In this document: piece after piece, positions 13,030 through 25,370 of the stretch
Numbering within the stretch: the stretch's first letter is position 1
Layout: every line of letters starts with the position of its first letter
Assembly (NCBI GenBank): GCA_030704615.1
Contig: CM060734.1
Span: forward strand, 26,598,001-26,662,000
Reading direction: 5' to 3'
DNA from: Takakia lepidozioides
Lineage: Eukaryota; Plantae; Bryophyta
DNA length: 64,000 nt
Translations under genes and position numbers: made by a program
Notes under the pieces: model-generated
The model's input: the letters and a program-made list of their open reading frames with translations, nothing else
Told to the model about the DNA's origin: nothing
Databases searched by the model: none

Positions 13030-13558
13030 TGCCGTCGCTGACTGCGACCCCCACGCGTCACCACCTGCGACGCGGTTTTTAGGCCGGGGGTCGCAAACGG
13101 CGACGGCCAACCGTCGCCATCTACGACCTATTTTTTTGAATGGATTTATGAGGCCGGGGGTCGCACACGGCAACGGCCAGCCGTCGCACACTGTGACATT
13201 TTTTTATTTTTTTATTTTTGCAAGAATACGGCAGTCGAGTAGTTTGCGACGCCCGGCCGTCGCAGGGGGCCTTTTGCCCTTCATGCTACCATGCGACAGC
13301 TTGGCGTCGCAAGAAAGGGCTGCGATGAAATAAGGGTTTTTTTTTCCGGCGTGCGACGAGCGGCCGTTGCCCGAAAGGGCTGCCTTCTGCCCTTCGCTGG
13401 GGGCGACGCTTGGGCGTCGCACGGAAGGGCTGCCATTTGCCCTTCATCACTCCGTGCGACGGCCAGGCAGCGGCCCAGCATCGCAAACACGCTCCGCGGG
13501 GTTGGCGCCGCGTGGGGGCACGGCTAGCGTCGCAACCCCCCCCCCATTTGCTGTAGTG
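13030..13558. repeat. CACTA subterminal repeat array (GTCGC/GCGAC in both orientations) and right TIR
   Basis: Many cgtcgc/gcgacg motifs, ending in TGTAGTG. Confidence 0.88.
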
Positions 13559-16500
13559 ACATGTGCAGGTTTTTCAGAGATCAGACGACTGTTCTATGAA
13601 TGACTGCGTGCTCGAGGCTATCCAAGTCTTTTATCTTAGCGTGAAGAGACTTGGAGGAGCTGGACCAGAGATGCCTTATCTAAGAGATACCTCTAGTTTC
13701 CCATGCAGCCCACCTGTTTGCTTGATTGCGCTCTGAGGGAGTAGGAGAGGCAGAGTTGAGGAAGAGGCTTTGTCTCATGACCTCATAGAAGGAAGTAGGC
13801 TCAGACTTCAACAGAAAGGGTCTAAATTTGTTCCATGCTGTCCAAATAGACCCAAAGGGGAGAACCTACAGCCTTATGCCTGAAACCTTGCGCTATCCAT
13901 CTCATCGATGGAAGCCAATTCGTGCAATTCATGCCAATTCGATTTTTGAAATTGATGCGTAGTCTCCTGTGTTGGACTGGTATATAGGGCCTAGCCGGGT
14001 ATCAACCAGGGTATTAAATAACCGACCTGGTTGGTATTGGCTGTTGTAATACTAGGGTTAGTAACCAAACCGCCTAGCATTGACATTCCAATACCAGGGC
14101 CCACCCTATTTCCTCTCATCTCCCTCCTTCACTTCGTCATGTGATCTTCTTATTGGCTGACATTTTTTGAAATGAAACTCGGGCTACATATTTACAAAGT
14201 TGACATATTTTGAGTATCGAACATCAAAACTTCATAAGTTTAATGGGCCTGGCGAGACAAAGCTCACCAAGTTTCTGAGGGTGATGTCCTATCCAGCGTT
14301 TGAACCCAGGACCACTCGGGAGGCATTCTCTGTCACCCAGGTGACAGCACATTGCACAGTGGGTATTTCGCTGTCATCAACATTTCTGAAATTAGGTCAA
14401 TTTGAACCTCCAACCACCTAACGTTTGAGTTTGGAATTGGCGACGACAGCGATGGTTGCTGGAGCCTGGCCATCACATATACTTACTGCCCAACCTCTCT
14501 CTTCTTGTTCGCATATCATGGACTCCGTCTCGTTCACGTGTCCTCCCCAACCTGGCCAACCTCCGTGCTCGCTCCGTGCCCTCCGTGCTCGTTTGTTCTT
14601 CTACTTCCCAGTTTTCTGGTTGTCATTGAGCTTATCAAGATCTTCTTCTTTAGTAGCTTTTCATCAATTGATGTTCTCATTCATTTTCTTGAATAGATGG
14701 TTATGTTCAGGTTTTTGAGATGTTGTATCGACTTATTTGCGAGTTTGCCTAACACGACAAGTTCCTCTCATCTCTCGCTGATTCGTATACATGAGGACGA
14801 CTCTCTGGATTCGGGGGAAGCTAGGATAATGGAGATGCACTTGAGGAGAGTATTTGCTTAGCGTTAAGAGAAGAGGAAACTGAAGGGCCGCTGGCGTATT
14901 TATCTGTCACTGAATAAATCTCGCTTTAGAGAGATAGTTACGAGCTAGGATACGTCAGTGTCAGCACAGGTATACTGCAAATTTATGCTGTAAAAGTGCT
15001 ATGTGGAAGGTCGAGCGTGCAATTGATGTGATCGGGTGAAGGGCTTCCCGTAACAGGATATGCCGAGGATTGTATTCCAACTTGCTAAATTTCTGGCTCC
15101 ACATTGCATATGTTCTTAAGAATTAGACCGTGAAGGTCCATCAAGCCATCTACTGTCCAATCCTAGTCTCATCTTCATACCATACCGATGGAAAAAGCAG
15201 GTTTCCTACTGGTCGTTGGCCACCCAAAGTGTAGGCATCGCATAACAAGGAGTCTCGGTTGAAAGGGATCTGCTTACCGTGTATGGATGCTGCGGGCAGT
15301 GATAGGCACTCTCCTTTTACTCACAGCTACTTTTGAGTATGTCAAGAGAAAACTAGTTATCTCTGACATACAGCTTGGTAATGGCTCCTTGACTTCTCCT
15401 TGACTTGGTAACAAGTTGAGTTGAACTATGTTTCGTGATCCAATTCGGGAAATGGTTTGGACAATCGTAGAGGCCAAGTATCTAAACTCTTAGGCCTTAC
15501 TGATTTGAAGTTTGGACGCGACTTACTGAATATTTGAATCTGACCAAGTCTCAAAATCTAATGTCGTTGAGTTACATTATAAAATCCTTGCGTAGTACAT
15601 GCAGTGGGCTGAAATCTAGTCGAGCACCGATGAATGGCCCCGAAGTCCAAAATCCTTCTAGTTTTAATAATGGACATAAATGAGATCATGAAGCATACCT
15701 CCGTCACATGTAGTGCCTCCGCAGTGCAGCAGGCGATCAGCGTTAGAAGAATATAATTTAGAATACCTGCGAAACAGGCCCCCTTCATCGTTGAAGTCTT
15801 GTCAGTTAGTGAAAACTGAATTGTTGTTTGATAATCATTTAGGTAAGGTTTCTTGCAATTAATTAGCTGTCGCACTGTAAACATCTGCATCATTGATCCC
15901 TATGGATAGTCGAGCAGGATGGACAGCACTGAGGCTGCAAACCTGGAGCGCACACCAGCCTGGAATTCTCCGAAGGTCTTGGCACAAGGCCAATGCACAA
16001 TACTGGACCAAAGTTCAGGATACAAGGAAGGTGTTGACTGAGCCGACAAACTTGTATGCGCCGGCGACGCAGTTGGATGAGAGCCGGTGGCTGGCGGAGA
16101 TAAATGGTAAGCTTGCATGGTCATCGATTTTCTGATGTTTTCGATGGACTACTTGTATGTCGACCTTATTGGATAACGAGCTATGAGGTCATTTTCAGTT
16201 CATAATAAGTCGAGATCTTGAACCATGCATTTCAGGCCTTGTTTGGTAGAGCAAAATCCGAACTAATATAGTACGGCAGACTTATCTTACCAGAGGAAAA
16301 AGCAGCATGTAACAAGGTCAAAAGTGGCAAATAAGTTTGCATGCCCTTGTCGAGTTGATATTGTGATGCTAAGGAAAGCCTCGTTTTACCCTCCAATTTA
16401 GTAGTTAGCTTGAGTTTGAAACTCTGAATTCGACAGTATCAGGAAGAATCCGACGTACAACGGGTTGTGTCTTATTGCTTACTGACATATGTTTAACTCG

Positions 16501-17665
16501 TGGAAGATTAGCTCGTATCATCCAGTTATCCAGTTGACATGTCTCTTGTCCAGGTCGATCTGCAGTAAAATACAATCCAAGGGGAAATAATAATAAAAGA
16601 AAAAGTTCATTTTCTAAAAAGCGAAAAGTGGGACAGAGGCTTCTTTGATTTGATTACAAAGAATAAAGAACTTCCATACTTACTCCTGTGGATTTGCTTC
16701 AAGAATATAGGGAATTTCTCTTTTTCAATTGATAAGACTAAAAATGGTAAATGAGAACTTCATATAATATAGGCGTAATGATCACTGACCTCAGGGCCAG
16801 CGTTACTGCCAACGAAGAAAGGTACAGTGAAGTAGGTGACTGAAATCCAATGCAGGAAGAGTTGTGAAGACGGGGACAAACAACGCTTCGTTTACGGTGG
16901 ATTGGATCAGTGGCGATTTGCACATTGCTGGGACCCCGTATTCGTTATGCGTCCACTCCAACGACACTTTGACGGTGGCCAACGACGAAGATGAGCGCCA
17001 CGAGTCGCCCTGTCTATCCAAGATTTTCACTCTCAAGTTTCTCCACAAACACCAGGTATGATGATGTTTGTAATCCCTATGTGATTATATATGGCTTTGA
17101 GCACCAATATGGTTTCCTCAATTTCAATGAGTACCAGTCCTTGGAACACTAGCTCATGCAATTTTACCGTAACCAATAGTACGCATATCTTTGTTATGCA
17201 ATTTTCCTTTACGCAGATACTTTTAGTGTATGCAATTAGTCCTGCGGGTTGTGTGGCTGTGCAAGAGCTGTATGCTTTGTAATTAGCTGGACGTCGAACT
17301 TCCTTTCATTTCCTTTCTTTAGATCAAGAGGGTGATTCAATTTTAGTTCATCATTCTTTCATGGGACTCATGGGTTGGTGACGCACCCCTTGCTTTGCAC
17401 ACAGCTATCCTTCAGTAGCATTTATCAATTATCGAACCTTAAAGCAAAGATTGAATCGCAACTGTATAATATCCATTCTGAAAAAATTCATGTCCTATCT
17501 GACCGATCAGTGACAGATCGGTATGTCAGGGAGATACTGTGTTGGTTTCTCTAGTTTTTTCTTTCCTCACGTTGAAATGGAGAATCAATGTTTTGGGGAA
17601 GGTTGCCTTGAATGTGAGGAAGTCATGGATGCAAGTTGCTCAGTCACATATTGGGGCTATATAGA

Positions 17666-18296
17666 TTGTACTCATAAGACGTTGTTTGCCGTAGCCTTGT
17701 GGCCATTGACCCCGCGCCCAGTTTGAGCGGGAACAAAAGGGACAGAACCTACCTCTGTCAGGGGCTGACGTTGGTAGTAAGACTTACCTCCATATAAAGA
17801 ATTAATCCGGGTTTTCCAGATATCCTCTAGAAATCCCTTCACACAAGCATCAATCTGCTGTGTGTGATTTGCCCAAAAACTAGGCCTCAGGAGGGCCTGG
17901 GCTTTTGGCTCAGCCTCGAGACTTTCAAAGTTGGTAAACAGGGGTACAGGCACAATTCCCTTAATAGATTTGAAGAGAGCGTCTCTTTGGTGAGAGAACC
18001 CCGGACAGTGTATCAGAAAATGAATACTGTCTTCAGATTGCCCACACAACGGGCAATTGCACTCTCCCTTTCCTCTCTGCTTCTGTTTGCTGTTCAAAGG
18101 TAGGCTTCCTGCCCTGAGTTTAAATTTCAGTCTATTGCCGAGAGTGGGTAGACCCTTGAGGTCATCCAAGATGTCCTCCCCCATGTCACAGACTGGAAAC
18201 AAGTTCAGGGAAGTTTTCTGCCTAACTTCATTTTCATCAGACAATCTCATGGCAACAGACATGGCTGAGGACACTACAGCCTCTAAGTCAGATAGA
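17666..18296 (-). mobile_element. 5'-truncated non-LTR retrotransposon (RTE/RTEX-like C-terminal CCHC finger) in a GH5 intron
   Basis: Peptide FKLRAGSLPL...CPLCGQSEDSIHFLIHCPGF, flanked by the 13-bp TSD GGGGCTATATAGA (17653-17665 and 18297-18309). Confidence 0.88.
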
Positions 18297-19785
18297 GGGG
18301 CTATATAGAGAGGAAAACAGACAACAAGGATTTCAGAGGTAGAACAAGAGACACAGAGAAAGAAAGCATGGAGATTACTCTGACACCTGAATTGACTACC
18401 ACATTCCACAGCTTGCATTTCAAAGTAAGGAAATTCATGATGAAGCCAAACTTAATAGTGATTTAGCAGTTGCCTGACGTTTTGTGCGGGGGCATTTTAG
18501 ATTCCCCTAAAACTTCAGCCCCAAATCATATATTAGATCGTCCGCAGAGTTGTTGCAGGACCCTTATGGTGTAACAAACAGACAGCAAGTAAATTACATC
18601 TTTTCTGGTGGTCTTGTGTTCAGGTGTACATACAGGGCCCCGATGGCACATGGCTTGGAACAGATGGTGAGATTGTCCAGCTTGTGGGCCCCCAATCTGC
18701 AGCTATCTTTGAAGTACAAGAAGGTATCACTGCACTTGATTCTACCTTTGAGGAGTCTGAAACCAGAAACATGAGGAGGCTTCCGACGAGTGTGGAGAAG
18801 CCTCGTGTGCGTGGAGTAAACTTGGGTGGGTGGCTTGTTGTTGAGAAGTGGATCAAGCCTTCCCTCTTCCATGGCATTGTCAATCCAGACCTTCTTGTAA
18901 GCTTCTCACCTGTTTTAAGCATGGGATTAAGTTGCTGTCTTTTCTGCTCATGCAGAAGGAGATTTATTATAGAGGCAGTATGACACATGAATATACCACC
19001 TTATTGAGATGGAAACCCTAAAGTTTGAAATTGGAGAATGCACATGTACACAAACTTTTCCATAAGTTTACTCAGAAACACTTCGAGTTGAAACAGGAAG
19101 GGGAGAGGAAGGAGTGTCCCTGGAAATTGCTTGGAATTTCTCTGGTATATTTAAACTTCTGAAGGTGTACAACATGACTCGCAGGATGGAGCGAAAATTA
19201 CACTGCAATCAGTAATCTCTAGAAAGTATGTGTCCGCTGAAGGTGGAGGTGGCCAAAACATGACTGTCAAAGCCATTTCCAATTCCACCTTTCAAACTTT
19301 TTCAGTAAATCTCTTCCCCATCCTCGTGTGTCCTCTCTGATGTGAGGCAATTGTCTTTCTCAAGTCTTAGTACTTCCATGCATTTCCCGCCTTTTGGTTT
19401 TCTCTTGGAGTTCTACCATGTAGGCCTTTGGCTCCCCTGTTGATACAATAATTCTTTCCTCTTCTTGTGGTTGACATTGTATTTGCTTGGGCATAGATAT
19501 GGCGGGTTACGTACATTGGTTGTAGAAGTTATAAACATTTTGTTGCCTAAAATTTTTCCTCCGGTGAGGAATGACGGGGAGAGTCTTCCCTGGTATTTTG
19601 ACTTGGAATGGATGGCAAGGCCTCGGGAGAGCAACACTTTATGATAGCTTGTCTGATCCACCTAAGCCTAGACTTCCCCCATTTATGCATGAAAAGCAGC
19701 CCTCCACAGCATGTGGGCCCTTGCTTGAGAAGAATTGTGAAGATAAACAATCCTACAGTCTTTTGTAATCATGCAGTCTTCTTAC

Positions 19786-19955
19786 TTGGCCCAGATAAAG
19801 GCATTGTCAAGGGTCTCCAAGGAACCTCCCACAAACGGCGGCGGTGGGACGGGGTCATAGGCAATCCACCAGCCTACTGGAATCCGCACTGTGTCAATTT
19901 CGTAGGAAGCCAGGTCAGTGAAGGTATCTGCTGGTACAAACGTCCTCCAATGTGT
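19786..19955 (-). pseudogene. Inverted GH5 exon (THWRTFV...VRIPVGWWIAYDP...GGSLETLDNAFIWA)
   Basis: Conserved GH5 motif VRIPVGWW, with AG/GT splice sites on the - strand. Its phase-2 end joins in frame to the + exon at 21358. Confidence 0.9.
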
Positions 19956-20341
19956 CTGCACCTTGACAAGAAGCCAGTCACAGAAAATAAACACGTGGCA
20001 AGTGAAATATATAGAGATATCATCTGCCTATGCTTTCCATAGTACAGAGTCGCCATGCCCACTCTATATGACTGGACAGGACAAAAGAGGTTAGGAGAGG
20101 AGAACAGAAGTAGCACTACCAGCTGAAGGACTTGCCTTGTACATGAGATCAGTTCTGGCCTTCCATATGTCCTCCCAAAACACACACAACAGAATCACTT
20201 TATTTACAATGTACATGACTAGGGTTAGGTGTAGAGAGAGAGATGACCTTTGAGGATTGACCAGGTAGTGGTGAAAGGGTGAGGGTTAGAGAGAGGTGTA
20301 TGCAACGAGCAAAATCCTTGAAACAGAGGAGGAAAGCTCAC

Positions 20342-20500
20342 TGTGAGAACTTTGGCTGCAGCCCGGCTCCCCAAACCATTGGCCAGTTGGTACTCCCCGT
20401 TAAGGACAGTATTGACTGTCATCAAAAACACAGCCGGATTATCGTCGTCCCACCCTGGTTGTCCATCATAGTCTGCTGTCAACTGGGTTTCATTCATGGC
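20342..20500 (-). pseudogene. Inverted GH5 exon (AMNETQLTADY...WDDDNPAVF...GEYQLANGLG)
   Basis: Matches the plant GH5 segment VTADY..W.DDDPSVF..GEFQVTNGYG; AG/GT sites on the - strand. Confidence 0.88.
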
Positions 20501-20560
20501 CTGCAGCACACATGCCAAGGCTAGGATAAGACACTGTTGATGAGCGTGCTTGAGTAGAGA

Positions 20561-20818
20561 TTGTACTCATAAGACGTTGTTTGCCGTAGCCTTGTGGCCA
20601 TTGACCCCGCGCCCAGTTTGAGCGGGAACAAAAGGGACAGAACCTACCTCTGTCAGGGGCTGACGTTGGTAGTAAGACTTACCTCCATATAAAGAATTAA
20701 TCCGGGTTTTCCAGATATCCTCTAGAAATCCCTTCACACAAGCATCAATCTGCTGTGTGTGATTTGCCCAAAAACTAGGCCTCAGGAGGGCCTGGGCTTT
20801 TGGCTCAGCCTCGAGACT
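20561..20818 (-). mobile_element. Second 5'-truncated copy of the same LINE 3' end
   Basis: Apparently identical to 17666-17923, with its own 16-bp TSD CGTGCTTGAGTAGAGA (20545-20560 and 20819-20834). Confidence 0.92.
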
Positions 20819-22239
20819 CGTGCTTGAGTAGAGAGAGGGAAGGAGAGGTTCGCAAACTAGGAGAGAGATGGAAACTGTGAGAAAGTTGAGCCTCAAACGG
20901 TAGTGGCACAAACAGTGAGAGGGGGGAGGATAGAGGCAGAGAAATGGGTGCAAAACAACAAGGGACCCAGCAGGAAACACTCTGAGGGCTTATTCCGTGC
21001 AGTAGAACACTGGAGAAGATGTCAGGGAACAAGAATATAAGACTTTTATAACAAGGACATGATAACTCTAGCTTATGTTAAGACAAATCATGTAAGGGGG
21101 AATGCACAGCCAAATTTCACGTACGACCATAGAATTTTATTTCATGACAAACAATAATGGAAGAGAGGACGTAAAAATTGCACCAGCAGTGGTTTGATTT
21201 CTCATGATTGCTGCATGAAGAAGACTCAATGGCCAGTCACAAATCTTCAAACAACAGGACTAACAAATGCTTAACTTGTTTTCTTTAAATCTACCAGGGA
21301 CAGATGAGGGTAAACTTCCCTTACGGTACTGACACCATCTTTTACCTGTTGCTCCAGTCAAAATGGAATACAAGTGATTGTTGACCTTCATGGAGCTCCG
21401 GGGTCACAAAATGGGTGGGAGCACAGTGGTTCTCGCGACGGTGTCGTTGAGTGGGGCCTGTCAGACAATAACTATGTCAACCAGTCACTCTCTGTCATTC
21501 AGTTTCTTCTTGACCGGTACTTAATTCTTCTTGACCAGTAATTACAGTGTCAGTCGTTTCTCAATCCTTCAATTCTTGGGTGTGCCTGTCTCCTCCTTTC
21601 TTGCACGCGTGGATAATGTCGATTGGATTATCTTGACATCAGAGTCAATTAGGATGCTGGTGACGGGCTTTCCCTCCACTTATGCAAGCTCATCCTCCTC
21701 TACTTTTATCTTTGCAGATATGCAGGCAACCCGGCATTTTTGGCAATTGAGATGTTGAATGAACCCAATACAGCTGTGAATATCACTGTGTTACAAGATT
21801 TCTATGTCCGTGGCTATCACTTAGTGCGCAACTACAGTGCCGATACGTATGTGATAATGTGCCAGCGAATAGGAGATGCGGATGCAGTTGAGCTGGTTTC
21901 ACTCATGGAGCCTGAGGATGGCTTTTACAATGTGATTCTTGACCTCCACTACTACAACTTGTTTAGTGAAACTTACAATCAAATTGAGACAGCGTCATGG
22001 AACATTGATTATATTCACAATGCAAGGGCACCTGATCTGCAGAGGCTAACAGATGCTGGAGCACCCTTCATCTGAGTTGGTAAGATCTCTCTTATTAATC
22101 CTGTGGCCTCTTGGAAAACTCTGGAACTGGAGGGACTGGTATTCTGTTCCTGTGGAGGTTTTTTGGAAATTTTAGGGTGCTAACCTTTGTGGCAATTTGC
22201 AATGCTTTTTCTGCACCAAGGCTACAGAGAATCGAATGT

Positions 22240-22304
22240 GCTCATAAGATGTTGTTTGCTGCAGCCTTGTGGCCATAGACCCCAGACCCAGTTTGGGCGG
22301 AACA
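22240..22304 (-). mobile_element. Older, diverged ~65-bp 3'-end fragment of the same LINE family
   Basis: ctcataagatgttgtttgctgcagccttgtggccatagacccc resembles 17671-17735. Confidence 0.7.
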
Positions 22305-23286
22305 GTAGAGGGAATTGGAAAGGGAGGTCAACCGTGGTGCATTGATTATGCAGCCCTAGTCCAGCTTTTCACCAGATATTTACTGTCTTCCCGTGTGTGA
22401 TGTGTGTGGGATGTGCAGGAGAATGGACCAATGAGTGGACAGTACCGAATGCCTCTGAAGTAGACTACCAGAGGTATGGCCAAGCCCAGCTAGAGGTTTA
22501 TGGAAACTCTTCAGTCTCAATCGGCTGGTGCTACTGGACCATGTATTGTGACAAGCTACACTGGGATTTCAAGAGGTCGGTAGATCAGTCATATCTGCTG
22601 CCACTTGCCGAGGGTGGCTGGCCATAACCTGACCTGACTTTGTGTCGTCCTTTTTTAGCTTGTCCTGCTAGGCCAACAATTGTCCTAGCCTGAGCACCTC
22701 CATTGAAGTGTTCAAATCATTTTTGTTATATATATTTTCACATCACTCTTTGCTTGAGGCAGGCAGGCAGGCGGTTGCAAATGGCAAGACTTTTGTTGAA
22801 AACATCACTGTTGAGTGGTTGTGAGGGCTTGAACATCAATATGCAATGTCATGGCCACGCCAGCCAATTCAGCATGTCGTTGCAGATCCAAACTTGAACC
22901 CATGTGTCGCACCAAACATCTCCCTTACGTCGCCAGGAAAGCTTGGAAACTGCGCGGATTCTAGGCATCACGATTGTACTCATGCCCGGGCTAATGGGAG
23001 TACCAAAACAACTCGTCCCTGAATCTAGGTGTCACTTTTGTGGAATATCCCGGGCCCGAGTCCGAAAGGGACCAAAATAAGGCAAAAAAATAGGAACTAA
23101 CTGCACCGGTGCGATCTGTTTGAACTTTCGCCGGGGTCGGATTCAGGCTGTGTCGGCTCCTCAGGCCGAGACCCCTGTCAAATACTCTCCACCCCCTCCT
23201 ACCTCGGATTCACCATGAGGCCAGTTCGCCTCTTCTGTTGCTGGAAATGCTACTAAAGGCAAGAGACTACTAAGGGAATGAGGCTT

Positions 23287-23744
23287 TGTGAAGCCTTAAA
23301 ACAACCTGAAGCATATGCTCCTTTCCTCTCAAGCAGCAACTTTTCACAATGAAGGGGCAAGCAAGAAGAGCGAGCGATGCGCGAGAGGAGGATCAACACA
23401 GGAATCTGACACAAAGGAACTCTCATCCACTGCCTGTGCACCAATTTCACATATACACTAACACCCGAGTTACACCGGCCCTGACCTGTGTCAGGGCGCC
23501 GTCTTTATACTAGAAGCCCTAGCTTCTGCTGCTTGCCGCTTGGCTAGGCGTGACAAGCCAAGCCCGCTGCGCCTTTTGGCAGCCCTAGATCTGATGAAGG
23601 GCCAGGATGTGGCCACTAACCTAAGCTAACCCTGGCTGAAATATCATCATAACTGTTTAACGGTACTTTTAGCCGAAAAATTGTACGGTTTATGAGTATA
23701 GCCGCTTAGGAGATTTCTAGGCTAGGAAAGAATGGGCCTTCACA
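23287..23744 (-). repeat. 3' LTR of the gypsy element
   Basis: Direct repeat of 29531-30024, with substitutions and indels. Confidence 0.93.
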
Positions 23745-24229
23745 TCTGTGAAGCCTACCCCCACGAAAAGTCATGAGCTCCGCGAAGGGAAAATATAAAT
23801 AATAAGTAAATATTGGGATAATATTACCTTCCACTGCTGGGTGAAAAACCTACCAAGGGAAAACCTTGCACCTGCAATTTGGGCCGAGGACAAAACCCTT
23901 GGCTAAGAAAACCGTGCAGGGAGTACATGCGTGATATATCATGAAAGCTACAAATGTTTTAAGTCCTACAATGGGCAAGCCATAAGGCCATGAAAGTCAC
24001 AATCCGCAATCTAAGACTAAGCCGCTGAAGACAAGAGGATCAAGCTGAAGTAGATGATCGGCTAAGAAGATCAAGACATCACCCCACTGTGCGTCCCTCC
24101 ACATTGATGCATGTGAGATTATAGACTAACTCGGAATGCACCAGATCCGTCAAAGAGCTAGTTCATCCCGCACTTCAGTATTGGACCCCTGTGGAAGAAG
24201 AAGAGCACGTCGCCCACGTAAAATCTGAT

Positions 24230-25370
24230 AGATCAAGTATGGACCATCGATCTTGAGCTTAGATTTGCATGCATGCTTACCATGCTGCAATCGAACACAC
24301 ACGGTTTGTCCCACCTGAAACAAGTTAGAATACTTGACACGCTTGTTACAATTGCGGGCCTGGGTTAGCTAAGCCTTACCAATGTTTGTCTTGGCATCAT
24401 ACACCGCATGCCGAGCATGAAGATCCTCAACAATAGTATCAAGATCAACCGGATCAGCAACAATAGAGATAAGAGGGAAAGAATGCAAAAGATAAACACA
24501 CTTGCGACCATACAACAACTCAAAAGGAGTCTTCTTGGTGCTAGCATGCACGACGGTGCGATAAGCAAAGAGAATAGGGGGAAGAAATGTATCCCACTCC
24601 CTGGTAAGTGCGTCATTCTTCTCCAACATTCGGCAAAGAGTTTGGTTGAAGCGTTCCATGAGGCCATTGGTCTGGGGATGGTATGGGGCAGTGGTGGAAT
24701 GTTTAACACCAAAGTTGAAGCATACCACTGTGAGGAGCTGGTTACAAAACTCCTTGCCTTGATTCGTTAGTATCTCCCAAGGACACCCATGCCGTATAAA
24801 GATCTCATTGAAGAAGAACTACGCTACAGCATCACTAGCCTTGGAACGCAAAGGCCGGACTTCTACCCACTTAGTTAAGTAGTCAGTAGCAACACAAAGG
24901 TAGCTTCGACCCTTTGATGTGAGTGCGAGGGGTCCTACCAAGTCAATGCCAATACGAGCAAAAGCATGGGTGACAGGCAAAGGCTGCAGCTCATACAAGA
25001 TCCGGGCCCGAAGGAGAGCAATGTTAGCACGACAACCTTCACACTTAGAGATGAACTTCGTGACATCCCGGTGAATTCCCAGCCAATAGTAAACCTCTTG
25101 GATGCGGGCCACGGTTTTCTTGATACCAAGGTGACCTGCATACAAGGAACAATGGAAACGCTCCAATAAAGCATTCAGCTGGCTCCGTGGTGGCACCTCC
25201 AAATAGCATAGCACTCCCCCTCTAGTGAGCTCCTTGAAAAGCTTATCACCCATGAAACGGTGAATAGACACATGACAGAGAATTTGTTTACGCAAGGACT
25301 CGGAAAGGCCTGCTGGCGAACGCCCTGATTGGCATCGCTGGAGTAGCGCAACATGTAGCTGATCATCCAT
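24230..25370 (-). pseudogene. Gypsy integrase (H2C2 zinc-binding domain, rve core, GPY motif), disrupted
   Basis: HCSLYAGHLGIKKT..YYW..CEGC; IGIDLVGPL..DYLTKWVE; TAPYHPQTNGLMERFNQTL; TPFELLYGR. Confidence 0.92.

Larger units (their letters stand above)
5350..13558 (+). mobile_element. CACTA/En-Spm DNA transposon, degenerate, with the left TIR missing
   Basis: The right end reads ...CCCATTTGCTGTAGTG (reverse complement CACTACAGCAAATGGG) at 13558. A dense GTCGC/GCGAC subterminal array lies at ~13030-13540. 5361-5478 is an inverted copy of 12935-13039. A TNP2 transposase lies inside. Confidence 0.92.
15903..22627 (+). pseudogene. Glycoside hydrolase family 5 glucan 1,3-beta-glucosidase (plant type with fascin-like insert), disrupted by an internal inversion and an in-frame stop
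   Basis: + exons: 18624-18896 (VRGVNLGGWLVVEKWIKPSLF), ~19184-19305 (KYVSAEGGGG), 21358-~21516 (IVDLHGAPGSQNGWEHSGSRDG), ~21718-22079 (IEMLNEP, DLHYY, then TGA at 22073) and ~22419-22627 (GEWTNEW, GWCYW). Two further exons lie on the - strand. Upstream exons ~15903-16106 and ~16855-17054 are probable. Confidence 0.9.

Noticed and set aside
13985-14108. Possible small hAT MITE (TAGGG...CCCTA)
   Set aside because: The TIRs are poorly matched and there is no 8-bp TSD.
14200-15890. Short ORFs between the CACTA element and GH5
   Set aside because: No recognisable motifs or consistent exon structure.
19786-20500. Trans-splicing or programmed inversion restoring a functional GH5
   Set aside because: One exon is mostly deleted, an in-frame TGA precedes the catalytic nucleophile, and no recombinase-type inverted repeats flank the segment.
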